A DNA stretch of 64,000 bases, taken from a virus (lineage: Duplodnaviria; Heunggongvirae; Uroviricota; Caudoviricetes). Position numbers and translations under genes: made by a program. The stretch lies in IMG/VR virus record IMGVR_UViG_3300015615_000629, positions 256,001 through 320,000 of that record, one strand, 5' to 3'. Below, piece by piece: positions 1-10,662 of the stretch. A model generated the notes under the pieces. That model was not told the origin of the DNA. It did no database searches and saw nothing but the letters and a program-made list of their open reading frames with translations. Within the stretch, counting starts at the first letter, position 1. Each line of letters opens with the position of its first letter.

Positions 1-176
1 TGAGATGGGTGGATTGCGTCGATAACGATTCTTTCAATCACACCGGTTTTCTTAATCTCGTAAGCAAAAACCGGTTTCGGACGATTGTCCATTCGTTTAA
101 TTAAATTTGCATTCATGTAGTCCATATCGCCAAATTACAAAAACCACATTTTTATGTCAAGATGTGAAATTAAAAA

Positions 177-1316
177 TTAATAGATTTCAACTCTTAGTTT
201 GGGAGCCACACCAAGGGCTCTAAACGTGCGTCTAACGGCGTCCTGAATTATGGGTATGTTTTCCCTAGTTGAAATAAAAGAATCATGGATCGTTGTGATA
301 AACGCATTAGGATGGGTATCCATAAGGTCTCGGCAGATTTTATTGATAACAATGTCAGATTCGAGCCGTTGCATAGTCCAGGCGGCGTTTCGATAGTCAG
401 ATTTCTTGAGTTCCTTCAAAGTGGCAGCAACGGTTGGGAAGAGTTCGCAAAATTTAGGATGAGTGTCCTTGCCAAAGAAGACATCTCGGTAAAGAACATG
501 CTTGATATCCTCAGTTGGTTGAAGCAGAAGTTTTTCAGACAAAAAGGGATAAATTTCTCCTGCTTCAACAAGAGATTTGTAGTGCTCCAAATCAGTCGCT
601 GCGCAACATGAAATGGATCCCATATACACACCATTATTACAAGATCTAGAAAGAATATAGAGCAATAGAGGCTGTGAAGAGCTTATATCTAGATTTACGA
701 TTGATTGATCATTAAATTTAAGATATTTTCTAAGATCTCTTTTAAGATTTGTTATATTTGTATGAATTCTTCCAAAAGAATCTTCTTTCAGATAAAATGA
801 TTTTTCTATGATTTTATCTATTGAAGATTTAGCACAATTGAAGTCTTCTATATTTTGCCAAGTTTCGATTTCTTCATATGCTTTTTCACTAATTGTAATT
901 CTTGAAAGGAACTTATACAAATGTTTTTGAAGATCAGTGTATTTGTAAGTTTTTTTGTTTCTTAACATTGCAGAAACAAGAGTTTTTGTTTTTATTTTAG
1001 ATTTTCTTATTTTTGATTTATACTTTTTAGAAATTCTGTATCCAAGACATTTTTTTGCCTTAGCATAAAAACCATCACACTCCAAAACACCTATATCTCC
1101 TAAAATATTGGCATAAAATTTATGATCTCTGATAATCTTTCTAAGTATTTTGGAATCAAGTGGCACATAATCGCTAGGCATTTGATAATACCTTTTTGAC
1201 ATAATGATGTTAACAAAATATGTCATCCTATCCAAATCAGTATCAGATACTTTGTACCCTTTTTCACAAAGTAAGGATTCTAAGTCAAGATTTTCTGGCA
1301 GATATAGATAATCCAT
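177..1316 (-). CDS. Family-A-like polymerase palm-domain protein (TV-Pol/replication protein-like)
   Basis: 379 aa; GRIHT, LDISSSQP (motif A-like), MQRLES and TIHDS (motif C-like) in the order seen in Pol A-type palms; no exonuclease domain apparent. Confidence 0.55.
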   Translation of the reverse strand: MDYLYLPENLDLESLLCEKGYKVSDTDLDRMTYFVNIIMSKRYYQMPSDYVPLDSKILRKIIRDHKFYANILGDIGVLECDGFYAKAKKCLGYRISKKYKSKIRKSKIKTKTLVSAMLRNKKTYKYTDLQKHLYKFLSRITISEKAYEEIETWQNIEDFNCAKSSIDKIIEKSFYLKEDSFGRIHTNITNLKRDLRKYLKFNDQSIVNLDISSSQPLLLYILSRSCNNGVYMGSISCCAATDLEHYKSLVEAGEIYPFLSEKLLLQPTEDIKHVLYRDVFFGKDTHPKFCELFPTVAATLKELKKSDYRNAAWTMQRLESDIVINKICRDLMDTHPNAFITTIHDSFISTRENIPIIQDAVRRTFRALGVAPKLRVEIY

Positions 1317-1322
1317 GCCAGG

Positions 1323-1351
1323 ATTATGCTAGAAAGTGTTTTTAAAATCAA
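1323..1351 (-). promoter_or_regulatory. Sigma70-like promoter (TTGATT-N17-CATAAT), leaderless to ATG 1316
   Basis: Minus strand cttgattttaaaaacactttctagcataat; ATG begins 7 nt past the -10 box. Confidence 0.4.
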
Positions 1352-1357
1352 GCCTAA

Positions 1358-2008
1358 TTAATGTTGATCTTTTAGCCATTCTTTGAAAGATTCGGAAGCC
1401 ATTGCCCAATGTTTTTGACCAGGAGTTAGATGATCTTTCCAAGGATTAAGTTTAGGTGTAGCACCTTGTTTCAAAAGTGCCTGTCGTTTTTCATTCCCAC
1501 GAAGCAAATGCACAGGTGGAGCGGCATCTAGTTTGTCTTGATTAGATGCATCGAAGTCTGAGAGTCCTTGTTTTAAAAATTGGCTATAGGGTATTGGTTC
1601 TTTGGTGAAAACTGTAGAAATGTAAGTATTATTGTTTATCAAACCTCTACTTTTTAATTCTTTTAAACATGCGGGTAATAGCGTTCTAAACATCTTTTCG
1701 CTTGGCTTTCCATTCCAAAAGGCGACTACATGTTTGTTTTTATGTTCTGGATATTCGCCCAAAATATCTGTGAAATGGGCTACCCTGCCCACTAAAGCAT
1801 CGTTTGTTGGTCGGTCTGGAGGACTAGTTCCGTGTCTTTTTACATAATTGCTATAATAGGGCTCTCTATTGGCAACATCGGGATGTATTTCGTCTTTTTT
1901 ACCAAGATACAATCCTTCCTGAGCGGTATACAAAAAGGTTTTCTCGTCATCGCTACTAACAATGTCGTCTGGAGTAAAAAATGAATAACTTCGATTTAAG
2001 AATCCCAT
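1358..2008 (-). CDS. Hypothetical protein, tandem paralogue 1 of 3
   Basis: Shares ALVGRV, FWN, LLxACLxxLKS and C-terminal TPK-PWKD-LTPGQKHWAMASE-FKEWL with the next two ORFs; start moved to the Met at 2008. Confidence 0.75.
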   Translation of the reverse strand: MGFLNRSYSFFTPDDIVSSDDEKTFLYTAQEGLYLGKKDEIHPDVANREPYYSNYVKRHGTSPPDRPTNDALVGRVAHFTDILGEYPEHKNKHVVAFWNGKPSEKMFRTLLPACLKELKSRGLINNNTYISTVFTKEPIPYSQFLKQGLSDFDASNQDKLDAAPPVHLLRGNEKRQALLKQGATPKLNPWKDHLTPGQKHWAMASESFKEWLKDQH

Positions 2009-2631
2009 TCTAGCCTCCTTAACCACTCCTTGAAGCCTTCGGAAGCCATCGCCCAATGCTTTTGACCAGGAGTTAAGTCTTTCCAGGGACTCAACTTAGG
2101 AGTTACGCCTCTATTTAAAAGGGCTTGTTTTTTGTCCTGTCCTTTTAGTAAGTGTATTTCTCTATCTGCATTTAGTTTATCTAAATTTGCCTGGGTTGCT
2201 TTTGGTGATAATCCGTGTTTTTTGTAGTCTTGATAAGTTATTGGAACATCGTTAAAAACAGAAGAAATATAGGTTGCATCATCAATTAATTCTAGAGATT
2301 TAAGTTTAAGTAAACAGGCTGGTAGAAGTTGGTTAAAAATATCTTCATTATGATTCCAAAAAGATACATGTCTTCCTTTTCTCCCTTTGAAATATTTCGG
2401 TGTACTAACTCTTCCTACCAGAGCAGTTTTGTAAGGATGATTATCTTCGGGATGCCAACCATATTTTTCAAGATGATAATCTTCATATTCTTTACTTCGC
2501 TTCAAGTCACCGTGCGTGTTTGTTGGATTGCCCAAAAACATTTTATGATCTTCAGTGAAAAAGAAGGCAATAGCGGTTATATTGTTTCCGCCTTCCCAAA
2601 TGTCATCTGGTGATATCCATTCATTTATCAT
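1996..2631 (-). CDS. Hypothetical protein, tandem paralogue 2 of 3
   Basis: 211 aa, same conserved blocks; overlaps its neighbours. Confidence 0.8.
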   Translation of the reverse strand: MINEWISPDDIWEGGNNITAIAFFFTEDHKMFLGNPTNTHGDLKRSKEYEDYHLEKYGWHPEDNHPYKTALVGRVSTPKYFKGRKGRHVSFWNHNEDIFNQLLPACLLKLKSLELIDDATYISSVFNDVPITYQDYKKHGLSPKATQANLDKLNADREIHLLKGQDKKQALLNRGVTPKLSPWKDLTPGQKHWAMASEGFKEWLRRLEWDS

Positions 2632-3281
2632 TTTTCACCTTTCAACCATTCCTTAAAGCCTTCAGAAGCCATTGCCCAATGCTTTTGACCAGGAGTTAAG
2701 TCTTTCCAGGGTGATATCTTAGGTGTTACACCACGTTGTAGTAATGCCTGTTTTTTGTTGTTTCCACCAAGTAAATGTATTTCTCTATCTGCATCTAACT
2801 TTTTCAAATTGCTAAGGTTTAAAACAGGCGACAGTCCTGACTTTTTATAGTCTATATATGTGATTGGTCTGGCGTTATAAGCAGATGAAATATAAGTTGA
2901 ATCATCAATCAACTCTAAAGATTTAAGTTTACTTAAACACGGTGATAGTAATGTTTTAAGAAGATCGTTTTTATTCCAAAAAGACACGAATCTGCCAAAA
3001 AGAATCCCTCTTTTTAGGTTGCCAACTCTGCCTACTAATGCGAATTCGGTTGGCCAACCATAGTTGGGTTTTTCACCAAATCTATCAACGTGATAAGCAT
3101 AATACTTTTTATCATACATTAATTGCCCGTGCGTCTCATGCTCACCACCAAGAAAGAGATGTTGATCGTTGGTGAAAAAGAAAGGGATCGCCGACCTATC
3201 GGTCTCATGTATGTCATTTGGTGAGATGAACAATGGCGGTAGAGGTCTTTCTCTTTCTACTTTATCTTTTATACTATGCAT
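2628..3281 (-). CDS. Hypothetical protein, tandem paralogue 3 of 3
   Basis: 217 aa, same conserved blocks. Confidence 0.8.
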   Translation of the reverse strand: MHSIKDKVERERPLPPLFISPNDIHETDRSAIPFFFTNDQHLFLGGEHETHGQLMYDKKYYAYHVDRFGEKPNYGWPTEFALVGRVGNLKRGILFGRFVSFWNKNDLLKTLLSPCLSKLKSLELIDDSTYISSAYNARPITYIDYKKSGLSPVLNLSNLKKLDADREIHLLGGNNKKQALLQRGVTPKISPWKDLTPGQKHWAMASEGFKEWLKGEK

Positions 3282-4267
3282 TATCCACCTACATTAGGAG
3301 TCAATAGTGTTAAAGCCTTAACCGGAACTGGTTTAGTGCCAATTACCTGATACTGCTGCTCAGAACGTGTATCTACAGTTTTCATTAAATATCGGGAATC
3401 TATCCTAACTCTCCAAACATCTCTTTCTCCATGCAAATCAGTCGCCAAACCAAGAGCACTATCATATTTACTTGTTAAATATATATTAGGTGGAATTGTA
3501 GTTGCATTATCATATAAATGTCTATCCTTAGAAGGTCTTGCCGTATAAAGAGTTAGGGCCTTTCCTGTTTGACTAGAACCTGGATTTTGAAGTTCTTTGA
3601 TTAAAGCAAAATATTCACTTTTTACCTCATTGTTACTTAGAAACTCATCTTCATCGGCATCCAAAATATCATCAATTTCTAATTTATCGTGAAGTAGGAC
3701 TTGAAAATAGGGAGCAGATGGAACCGCAAAGACCACCTCAAAAGCAGTAAGTGGCTCTAGATTAGTTTCACTATAACTAGGTCTTATAAGCAACCTAGTC
3801 TTGATTTCCACATTTGATTTTTCGATTAATTCCTTCAATTTATTGGCGTTTTCTATGGTTTTTGCATAGATCGATTTTATGTCGTCTTGAATCTCTTTTT
3901 CTTCTGATTTATTGCTTTTTAAATAATTTAAGTCCCAAAGAAAGGTTAAAACTTTTCTTAAGTCCTTGTTATCAAAGGAGTTAGGTAAACCTCTATACCA
4001 CTTATAATATTGTTCAACTTCATGATCGAAGACGGCGGTTCCTATGTATTTCATAGAACGAATAAGTTCAGTTGTTCTTGGATATTTGAAGCTTTGTAAT
4101 TTGATTTGTAGGTTAGAGGTTTCTTGTTGTAAATTTAAATTTTTTACTTTTTCTACATTGTCGTTGTGGTAGTTGTGTAGTTCTCTTACATAGTTTGTTA
4201 AAGAATGGAGATATTTGTCGAAATCTGACAAAGTAATTGATGATAACCATTCAAAAAACGTTTGCAT
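3281..4267 (-). CDS. Putative virion-packaged protein with C-terminal ADP-ribosyltransferase-like fold
   Basis: N-terminal MQTFFEWLS; C-terminal LYTAR..IYLTS..EQQY resembles ART strand motifs. Confidence 0.4.
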   Translation of the reverse strand: MQTFFEWLSSITLSDFDKYLHSLTNYVRELHNYHNDNVEKVKNLNLQQETSNLQIKLQSFKYPRTTELIRSMKYIGTAVFDHEVEQYYKWYRGLPNSFDNKDLRKVLTFLWDLNYLKSNKSEEKEIQDDIKSIYAKTIENANKLKELIEKSNVEIKTRLLIRPSYSETNLEPLTAFEVVFAVPSAPYFQVLLHDKLEIDDILDADEDEFLSNNEVKSEYFALIKELQNPGSSQTGKALTLYTARPSKDRHLYDNATTIPPNIYLTSKYDSALGLATDLHGERDVWRVRIDSRYLMKTVDTRSEQQYQVIGTKPVPVKALTLLTPNVGG

Positions 4268-4314
4268 AAAGGTAGTTAGGATGAGTTTTTACGTTTTGGC
4301 GTGTAAATAAAAGC

Positions 4315-7300
4315 ATGCCAACAAAAACATGGGCTTCGGCCTCAAATAGTACATGGAACTCTTCTGGAAACTGGAGTCCATCGGGTGTCCCTGGCACCGG
4401 GGACGACGTTGTTTTCGGAGATGGAGTAAACAATGGCAATTGTACGGTTGATATTGCCGTATCTGTGGCTAGTTTAACCATCAACAACACTTATACTGGA
4501 TTGGTGGATTTCGGAACTACTAGAACTTTAACCACTACTGGCGACGTTACAATCGACACAGGAAGTACAGGTGCCACGACAACTAAGTTTAGTGCTAATG
4601 GTCTCAGTGGTGGTCTACATTATACAATTGGTGGAAACTTAGTTGTTAGCACTGCTCGTAAAGTTCTCTGGTATGGAACTCTTGATATAACTGGAAATGC
4701 GACATTTTCTGGGGCTGGAGATCGAACCTTTGGATTTAGCACCATAAATTGCGTGGATTATACTAATTCAGGATCTTCGACTAGTCAAATATTTGGAAAC
4801 ATAACTGCAACTGGAAATTTTAATTCATCCAGTGCTGACGCGGGTACTATATTTGCTCTTGTTACAACTTTATCTGGAACTAGTAAAACTTTTAGTGCTA
4901 AGGCCACGCAAGATTTTTCATCCCTAGTTATAACTGGTTCTTATACTTTCTCTCAAGCATCAGGGGTAGGTTTTAATGCTCAAGATTTCTCCGTCGGTAC
5001 AGGCGGTACATTTACAAATAACGTGACCGAAACCGACGGCGTGATCCTGCAGGTCGTTACAATCGATGGCACTTATGCAGGTAGTGGAACTCAATATCTG
5101 GGAACAACAGGAGTAACTGGCTTTCCCTGTAATATAGACATTAATGGGACATGGTCTAACAGCGGCACAACGCAGGTTTCATGGGATATCCTTATGTCTA
5201 CGGCGGCTACGCCTCAAGCAGTAAGCGGAACATGGAATTTTGTTAAAAATGGAGATTTTCCGGGAAGCGATGTCTCAGTTGCACAAACTTTGAGCGGACA
5301 GTTTAGATTTACAGGAAATGTAAGTTTCGATTGTGACGACGCAAACACATATGCATTAACAATAGCCTCTTTGACCGGAACCGAGTTTCAAAGTGCTCTT
5401 ACCACCAGCAATACAGGTGGTGGTACATTTACTTATCTTCCATTGTCGGTTCTATCTTTTACGACAAATACAGCAAACATTTCATTGTTGGATAAAAGTT
5501 ATGGTGCAATGACTTTCTCCGGAGGAACTAAAACACTTACAGGTAGCGGCTTTACATCATCTACCTTAACTGTAAGTGGCGGTACTTTAAACGCAAATAA
5601 TAAAGCACTTACTACTTTAGGAAATTTTGTAATAAGTGGTACTGCGGTATTTCAAGGAGGTAATCAAACTCATACCATAGGTGGAAACTGTGTCTTCTCT
5701 GGCACTGGCACTTCAACATTTTCCACTTGTACGATTAATTTAAGTGGTGATTGGGATTTGTCAGCTATGGGTGTGACTTGTAATATGACGTTCACCTCTA
5801 TGACTCTTAATCTAAATGGAACTGCCAAACAGTTCCTGGCGGCAGCTATTACTGGATTTACAATTGGAACAATTAATGTTAATGGAACGTATACGATTCC
5901 TTTAAATACCTCGTTCAGGGGTATGCGTGGGGGAACAAGTGGAATTAACATCAAGAGCGGTGGAACCTTAACCAATAACGAAACTTCAACAAGTGGTGGT
6001 GTTGTTGTCACTGGAAGCATACTGGTTGTAGAAAGTGGTGGCACTTATGCTGGTACTGGAAACTTAACTTGTATTAATGGTGCAATTACTCATAGCGGCG
6101 GCACTTGGTCGAACACAGGAACTAATACAATTGGATGGAACCATACTTTAACAGGTGGCACTTGTAACTTTACAGGAACTTGGAACTTCTCCAAGTCTGG
6201 AGGAACGGCAGGTGGCGGTTCTTCTAGAACTCAAACTCTTACCGGTACAGCCTTTACGTTTACTGGGCCTGTTACGTTTAATTGCGACGAAGCAGCTACT
6301 TATATTGTAACAAACAGTAATGTAAATTTGAATTTTTCAAATAATATTGTTTTTTCAAATAGTGGTTCGGGAACTTTCACTTACAATAAGGGTTCTGGAA
6401 CAATTACGTTGAATGCTTCTTCTGGTTCCGTAAATGCCGGCTTCTTTGACAGATCTATCGAACCGTTAGTTGTAAGTTGCAGTGGAGCGACAACTACCTT
6501 TGTGGGAGGATTTACAACAACCTCTTATACGCATAGTGCGGGTAATGTAGCGGGCGGGGCTGTTAACATAATTGTAAACGGCGATACAACAATAACAAGC
6601 ACAGGAACTGTATCTTTAACTAGCGGTGGCTCTTGGGCTTCTACAGGAAGTTGGGATAGTTCTTCGGCCACTGCTATTTCGGCAGCTGCTTGGATTTTCA
6701 CTTTTACCGGAACATCGAAAACTATCAATACTTCAAATACTGGAACCGGTCTCGGAATCGTAACATTCGATACAGGAAGCACTTACAGTGTTGGTTCAGG
6801 TGGTTTAAATTGTGCTGGTATTGTTCTTGTTGGCACTTTGAATATTAGTACGAATTCAGTTGCTTGCAAGGGACAATTTAATCTAGCAGGAACAATATCT
6901 GGTTCGGGAGCATTTACTGTTACAAATGGAACCATAACCAATGATGGAACCTGGAGCCATACTGGCACATTGAATGTAAATCAAAGTTGTACAATGACTT
7001 CGAGTTCTTCAACTAGCACGATTCCTTGCACGGTTAATTTTAATCAATCCAGCGGTACTCCAACTTTGGTATTTTCGAAAGATCACACGTTTACAGGAGA
7101 TGTAACATTTTCTCAGGACGTTGTGGCGAATTATACAGTTAATTTTGCTTCCAAAGCGATGAATTTCAATAAGAATTTAACATTCTCTGCTTTAACACCA
7201 AGTAATTTGATAATTTCAAATCCTGGTACGACAACTTTAGGCGGTAGCAGCGGAAGCCACACGATAGCTTTAATTGATAAAACTATTGGTGATTTAGTAA

Positions 7301-8892
7301 TCAATGCTAGTGGAGCAACTAAAACCTTTTCCTCTGGTTTTACATGTGCGAATTTAACGGCTTCTGCTGGAAATGTAACTTTTTCGGATATTGCTGTAAA
7401 TGCAGCGATTCTTACTTTGAGTACGGTTGGAACCGTTGATTTGGGAAGTGGTGACTTCTTCGTTACCACCTGGAATAGTTCATCTGTAGGAACCCTTACC
7501 GTTGGTACTTCTACAGTTACAGTTACTGGCGGAACATTAACTACCAGTTCTACCTCCTTGGGGGCTGTTACCATTGCAGGTGTTTCATTAGTATCTTCAA
7601 CTGCTAACGTTGGTAATCTCACATTATCTGGAAGCCTTAATTTAGGAGGCACATTAACAACCTCGGGCTCAACAGTTACTTTGGGTGGGTCTATTAGTGA
7701 TGTTGGAACCTTAAACATAACGAATGGCCCTGCAATCGCCTTTAATACAAGCATGGCAAGCACATTAACTTTGTTGATTGATCAAGGCGGCACAGTAACT
7801 ACTTCCGGCTCAACTATTACTTTCGATTGCCCAACAACGTTTAGGAAGCAATCAGGTGCTCACACATTAACATTTTCTAAAAATGTTCTGTTTAATGACG
7901 ATGTTACATTCACGCAGAATGCGACGGGTACAACCTTTACAATTCAGCCATCAAATAAGAATCTTACTTTCAAGAAAGATGTGACTCTTGTAGAAACTGA
8001 TGCTGATGGTTTGGTTTGGACAAAAGGTAGCGGAACCATTACTTTATCTGGTAGTTCTACGCAAAATATTAATTTCTTGGGCAAAACCGTTGAGGATATC
8101 GTTTCGACCGGAAGCGATGTGGTTTTGGTAGACGATTTGGTTTGTGATACATTATCTTTGAATAGTGGCGGATTTGATTTTGGTGGAAAGAATGTTACAA
8201 CTACTGGAGACTTAACTATTCTTAGTGTAGATTTAACTGGATTAGGCGACAGTATCATCACGGTTGGTGGAGATTTTTCTGCCGATGGAACAGTCTCCAG
8301 TTTATTGGATTTAAATCCAGATTCTGTTTGGGAATTAAACGTAACTGGTTCTGGTCATGTAACCTATGCAAGTGTAAAAAACAGCGATGCATCGGGAAGT
8401 TCTGATGCAATTAGAACTACAAACTGTGTGGACGAAGGAGACAACATTAATTGGAGATTCAAATTACTTGTTGAATCTTTAGATGTCGAACAAAATGTTG
8501 ATCCTGTTCCTGGCGTCGAACTAAGAGTTAATTTGGAAGATGTTGCTGGAACGACTGATTTATTGTTTTACGGTAAGCATTTGGACGATGATTCTTATGT
8601 GTTACTTGGTACTGTTTCTATCTCGACTGATAGAATTGTGACATTTGTATGGAAAGACCTCTTGCAGGGTCAATTCTATCAGTGGTATGCTATTGCCACG
8701 GATGTCCAAACGGATGTCCAAGTGTTTTATACTAGTTCGCCTCCTTTAGCCGCTGACGGCGGATTTGTCTGTAAATTAGATAACGGACAAAGGATTAGAA
8801 CACATTCCCAATATGTCTGTCCCGCTAACGCAGATAGTTGTAGCGGATCGGCGTTAGTGGCAGCAAGCACAGTTTGCGATCAAAGATTGTGA
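4315..8892 (+). CDS. Large Gly/Ser/Thr-rich beta-solenoid protein, putative tail fibre/adhesin
   Basis: 1525 aa; N-terminal WxxxxNWSPSGVPGTGDDVVF; repetitive beta-strand units typical of passenger/adhesin domains; TGTAAATA box just upstream. Confidence 0.7.
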   Translation: MPTKTWASASNSTWNSSGNWSPSGVPGTGDDVVFGDGVNNGNCTVDIAVSVASLTINNTYTGLVDFGTTRTLTTTGDVTIDTGSTGATTTKFSANGLSGGLHYTIGGNLVVSTARKVLWYGTLDITGNATFSGAGDRTFGFSTINCVDYTNSGSSTSQIFGNITATGNFNSSSADAGTIFALVTTLSGTSKTFSAKATQDFSSLVITGSYTFSQASGVGFNAQDFSVGTGGTFTNNVTETDGVILQVVTIDGTYAGSGTQYLGTTGVTGFPCNIDINGTWSNSGTTQVSWDILMSTAATPQAVSGTWNFVKNGDFPGSDVSVAQTLSGQFRFTGNVSFDCDDANTYALTIASLTGTEFQSALTTSNTGGGTFTYLPLSVLSFTTNTANISLLDKSYGAMTFSGGTKTLTGSGFTSSTLTVSGGTLNANNKALTTLGNFVISGTAVFQGGNQTHTIGGNCVFSGTGTSTFSTCTINLSGDWDLSAMGVTCNMTFTSMTLNLNGTAKQFLAAAITGFTIGTINVNGTYTIPLNTSFRGMRGGTSGINIKSGGTLTNNETSTSGGVVVTGSILVVESGGTYAGTGNLTCINGAITHSGGTWSNTGTNTIGWNHTLTGGTCNFTGTWNFSKSGGTAGGGSSRTQTLTGTAFTFTGPVTFNCDEAATYIVTNSNVNLNFSNNIVFSNSGSGTFTYNKGSGTITLNASSGSVNAGFFDRSIEPLVVSCSGATTTFVGGFTTTSYTHSAGNVAGGAVNIIVNGDTTITSTGTVSLTSGGSWASTGSWDSSSATAISAAAWIFTFTGTSKTINTSNTGTGLGIVTFDTGSTYSVGSGGLNCAGIVLVGTLNISTNSVACKGQFNLAGTISGSGAFTVTNGTITNDGTWSHTGTLNVNQSCTMTSSSSTSTIPCTVNFNQSSGTPTLVFSKDHTFTGDVTFSQDVVANYTVNFASKAMNFNKNLTFSALTPSNLIISNPGTTTLGGSSGSHTIALIDKTIGDLVINASGATKTFSSGFTCANLTASAGNVTFSDIAVNAAILTLSTVGTVDLGSGDFFVTTWNSSSVGTLTVGTSTVTVTGGTLTTSSTSLGAVTIAGVSLVSSTANVGNLTLSGSLNLGGTLTTSGSTVTLGGSISDVGTLNITNGPAIAFNTSMASTLTLLIDQGGTVTTSGSTITFDCPTTFRKQSGAHTLTFSKNVLFNDDVTFTQNATGTTFTIQPSNKNLTFKKDVTLVETDADGLVWTKGSGTITLSGSSTQNINFLGKTVEDIVSTGSDVVLVDDLVCDTLSLNSGGFDFGGKNVTTTGDLTILSVDLTGLGDSIITVGGDFSADGTVSSLLDLNPDSVWELNVTGSGHVTYASVKNSDASGSSDAIRTTNCVDEGDNINWRFKLLVESLDVEQNVDPVPGVELRVNLEDVAGTTDLLFYGKHLDDDSYVLLGTVSISTDRIVTFVWKDLLQGQFYQWYAIATDVQTDVQVFYTSSPPLAADGGFVCKLDNGQRIRTHSQYVCPANADSCSGSALVAASTVCDQRL

Positions 8893-9524
8893 TAGAACAT
8901 CGTTTAGATTCAATTCTTCGTTATAATATGACGCCCGATGAGGCTTCCGCCTATCAACTAGCCATTCTCTGGTCTGAGTTGGTAAATAAGCATTTTCCAT
9001 CGTCTAAAAATATAGTTTTAAGGTCTTTGGGGGATCCTAGAAAATCCATATTATTCAAATATTGTTATAAATTGTATATTGAGTCTAGAGGAATCATTAA
9101 CGAAGACGATTTCGAGCCATACATGTTGGCTCAGATTACTATTTTGAAGGCTCATAATTGTGACAACATAAGCCCACAAAGTTTAGTAGGCGAAAAAGCC
9201 TGGAAACGTTGGCAGGTTTGGCAATCCAAGTATCAAAAAGCAGAAAAAAAGGCAGAAACTACAATAATCACTGCTTCCAACACTAAAATAAAAGCAGACT
9301 TAGACAGGAGTAGGGCTTTTCTTGAGAAGCGAATTGGAGAAATAAGTAAAAAATCCTTATCAGATAATAAGGATAACGTCTCAAAATGGTTGGTCTTAGA
9401 TAAGGTTTCTCCATTGTTTGTTTTATGTTTTTTTGAAAAAACCGAATTTAATGATTTGTTTGGAATGAATTCAGATATTTATGATGGTTCTTTAGAGCAA
9501 GCTAAAAAGTTAGTAAGTGCTTAA
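8874..9524 (+). CDS. Hypothetical phage protein
   Basis: 216 aa ORF coupled to the fibre gene. Confidence 0.65.
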   Translation: MRSKIVIEHRLDSILRYNMTPDEASAYQLAILWSELVNKHFPSSKNIVLRSLGDPRKSILFKYCYKLYIESRGIINEDDFEPYMLAQITILKAHNCDNISPQSLVGEKAWKRWQVWQSKYQKAEKKAETTIITASNTKIKADLDRSRAFLEKRIGEISKKSLSDNKDNVSKWLVLDKVSPLFVLCFFEKTEFNDLFGMNSDIYDGSLEQAKKLVSA

Positions 9525-10277
9525 AGCGGCGATAGTTGTGTTGATAATTTCTTCTACGGGTTGGGATGGACAATAGATTTCATCCCATTCTGACGGCTGT
9601 GGTTCCCAAATATGACCTTTTATTGGGGATTGTACGTCATGACCAAAGCAACGGATTGTGCCTTGAGTTTGGCTATAACTTAAATCTATAATGAATTCTT
9701 CGACTCTAGCACTACCTGGAGCTTCTACGCCTTGTCCCCTTAAGGACATATAGATTAAGAAGTTGTTATCGTTTTTCTTTCTAACTCCTTCAAAAACAAA
9801 GATATTAGGGGCATGTTTTCTTACATAAACAGATAACTTGCTGGACAGTTTTTCTAATCCGGTAAACTTCTCAGAAGGAGAGTCCGGTGGTAAAACATCA
9901 ATTTGATTAAGTTTATCCATTAATTTTTCTGCTAATTCTTCTTCGGCTTCATGCTTAACGTAAAGCAAAGGAACAATCTCTTTACATACCCAGATGGATT
10001 TTCCTAGTAGATCGTGTGATTTTTTTCTTATAATTGCTTTGAAGGAACCTAATGGGCTGAAAGTGAGTCTAATAACATCGCTTTCCTGTCCCCACTGGAT
10101 TTCATTTTCCCAATCTCTTTTTGCTGCTTTTCCGTTTAAAGAATATTGATTCAATCTTGATACAATAGCACTTACGCTTATATCTTGAATTGGATCTTCG
10201 TTTTTTTCTTTCTCGGCTAGTTTTACGGATTTTTCAAATCCAAATATGTCAGTCCATTCATTCCATGTTTTAATCAT
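9510..10277 (-). CDS. Hypothetical protein (MIKTWNEW N-terminus)
   Basis: 255 aa ORF, divergent from the gene starting at 10294. Confidence 0.7.
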   Translation of the reverse strand: MIKTWNEWTDIFGFEKSVKLAEKEKNEDPIQDISVSAIVSRLNQYSLNGKAAKRDWENEIQWGQESDVIRLTFSPLGSFKAIIRKKSHDLLGKSIWVCKEIVPLLYVKHEAEEELAEKLMDKLNQIDVLPPDSPSEKFTGLEKLSSKLSVYVRKHAPNIFVFEGVRKKNDNNFLIYMSLRGQGVEAPGSARVEEFIIDLSYSQTQGTIRCFGHDVQSPIKGHIWEPQPSEWDEIYCPSQPVEEIINTTIAALSTY

Positions 10278-10293
10278 TGTACCTATATACGGT
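10278..10293. promoter_or_regulatory. Putative bidirectional late-type TATATA box between divergent starts
   Basis: cat-tgtacctatatacggt-atg: only 16 nt separate the two start codons, with TATATA at the centre. Confidence 0.4.
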
Positions 10294-10662
10294 ATGGACT
10301 TCAGATTGTGGCTCGAAACTCAAGATTCAGAAAGTATAAAACTATCTATTTTAGGTTCTTTACCTGACGAGTTAAAAGGCGATCATAGAGATGAAGAACG
10401 TCTTATGTCTATGCGTACTTCTACATTTGGCAAGGACATACTTGATAAAGTCAGAAACTTGGGTATAATACAAGGTCTGAAAGATAGCGACCCACAACGC
10501 TATCAGGATGTAATTTCTGCAATCGGAAGCGGGATAACGATTTCCGACCTTATTGAGAAGGTAGCCGGAAAAGATGGTTTGGGTAATTTGAAAAATCCAG
10601 GCAAGCAACCATCTTTAATGACTGATCCTAAAGCACTCCCTTACGCAATGTCATTCCAATGA
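10294..10662 (+). CDS. Hypothetical protein (MDFRLWLE N-terminus)
   Basis: Internal Met of ORF 10246..10662 gives the recurrent F..WL.E leader. Confidence 0.7.
   Translation: MDFRLWLETQDSESIKLSILGSLPDELKGDHRDEERLMSMRTSTFGKDILDKVRNLGIIQGLKDSDPQRYQDVISAIGSGITISDLIEKVAGKDGLGNLKNPGKQPSLMTDPKALPYAMSFQ

Noticed and set aside
1358-3281. Diversity-generating retroelement target/template repeats
   Set aside because: No reverse transcriptase is present, the differences between repeats are not adenine-specific, and all copies are coding.
5670-8261. Minus-strand Val/Pro-rich ORFs inside the 1525-aa gene
   Set aside because: Antisense artefacts of Gly/Thr/Ser codon bias.
8874-9524. gp59-like helicase loader
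   Set aside because: Only size and a Trp-rich block are suggestive; this is not enough without a profile search.
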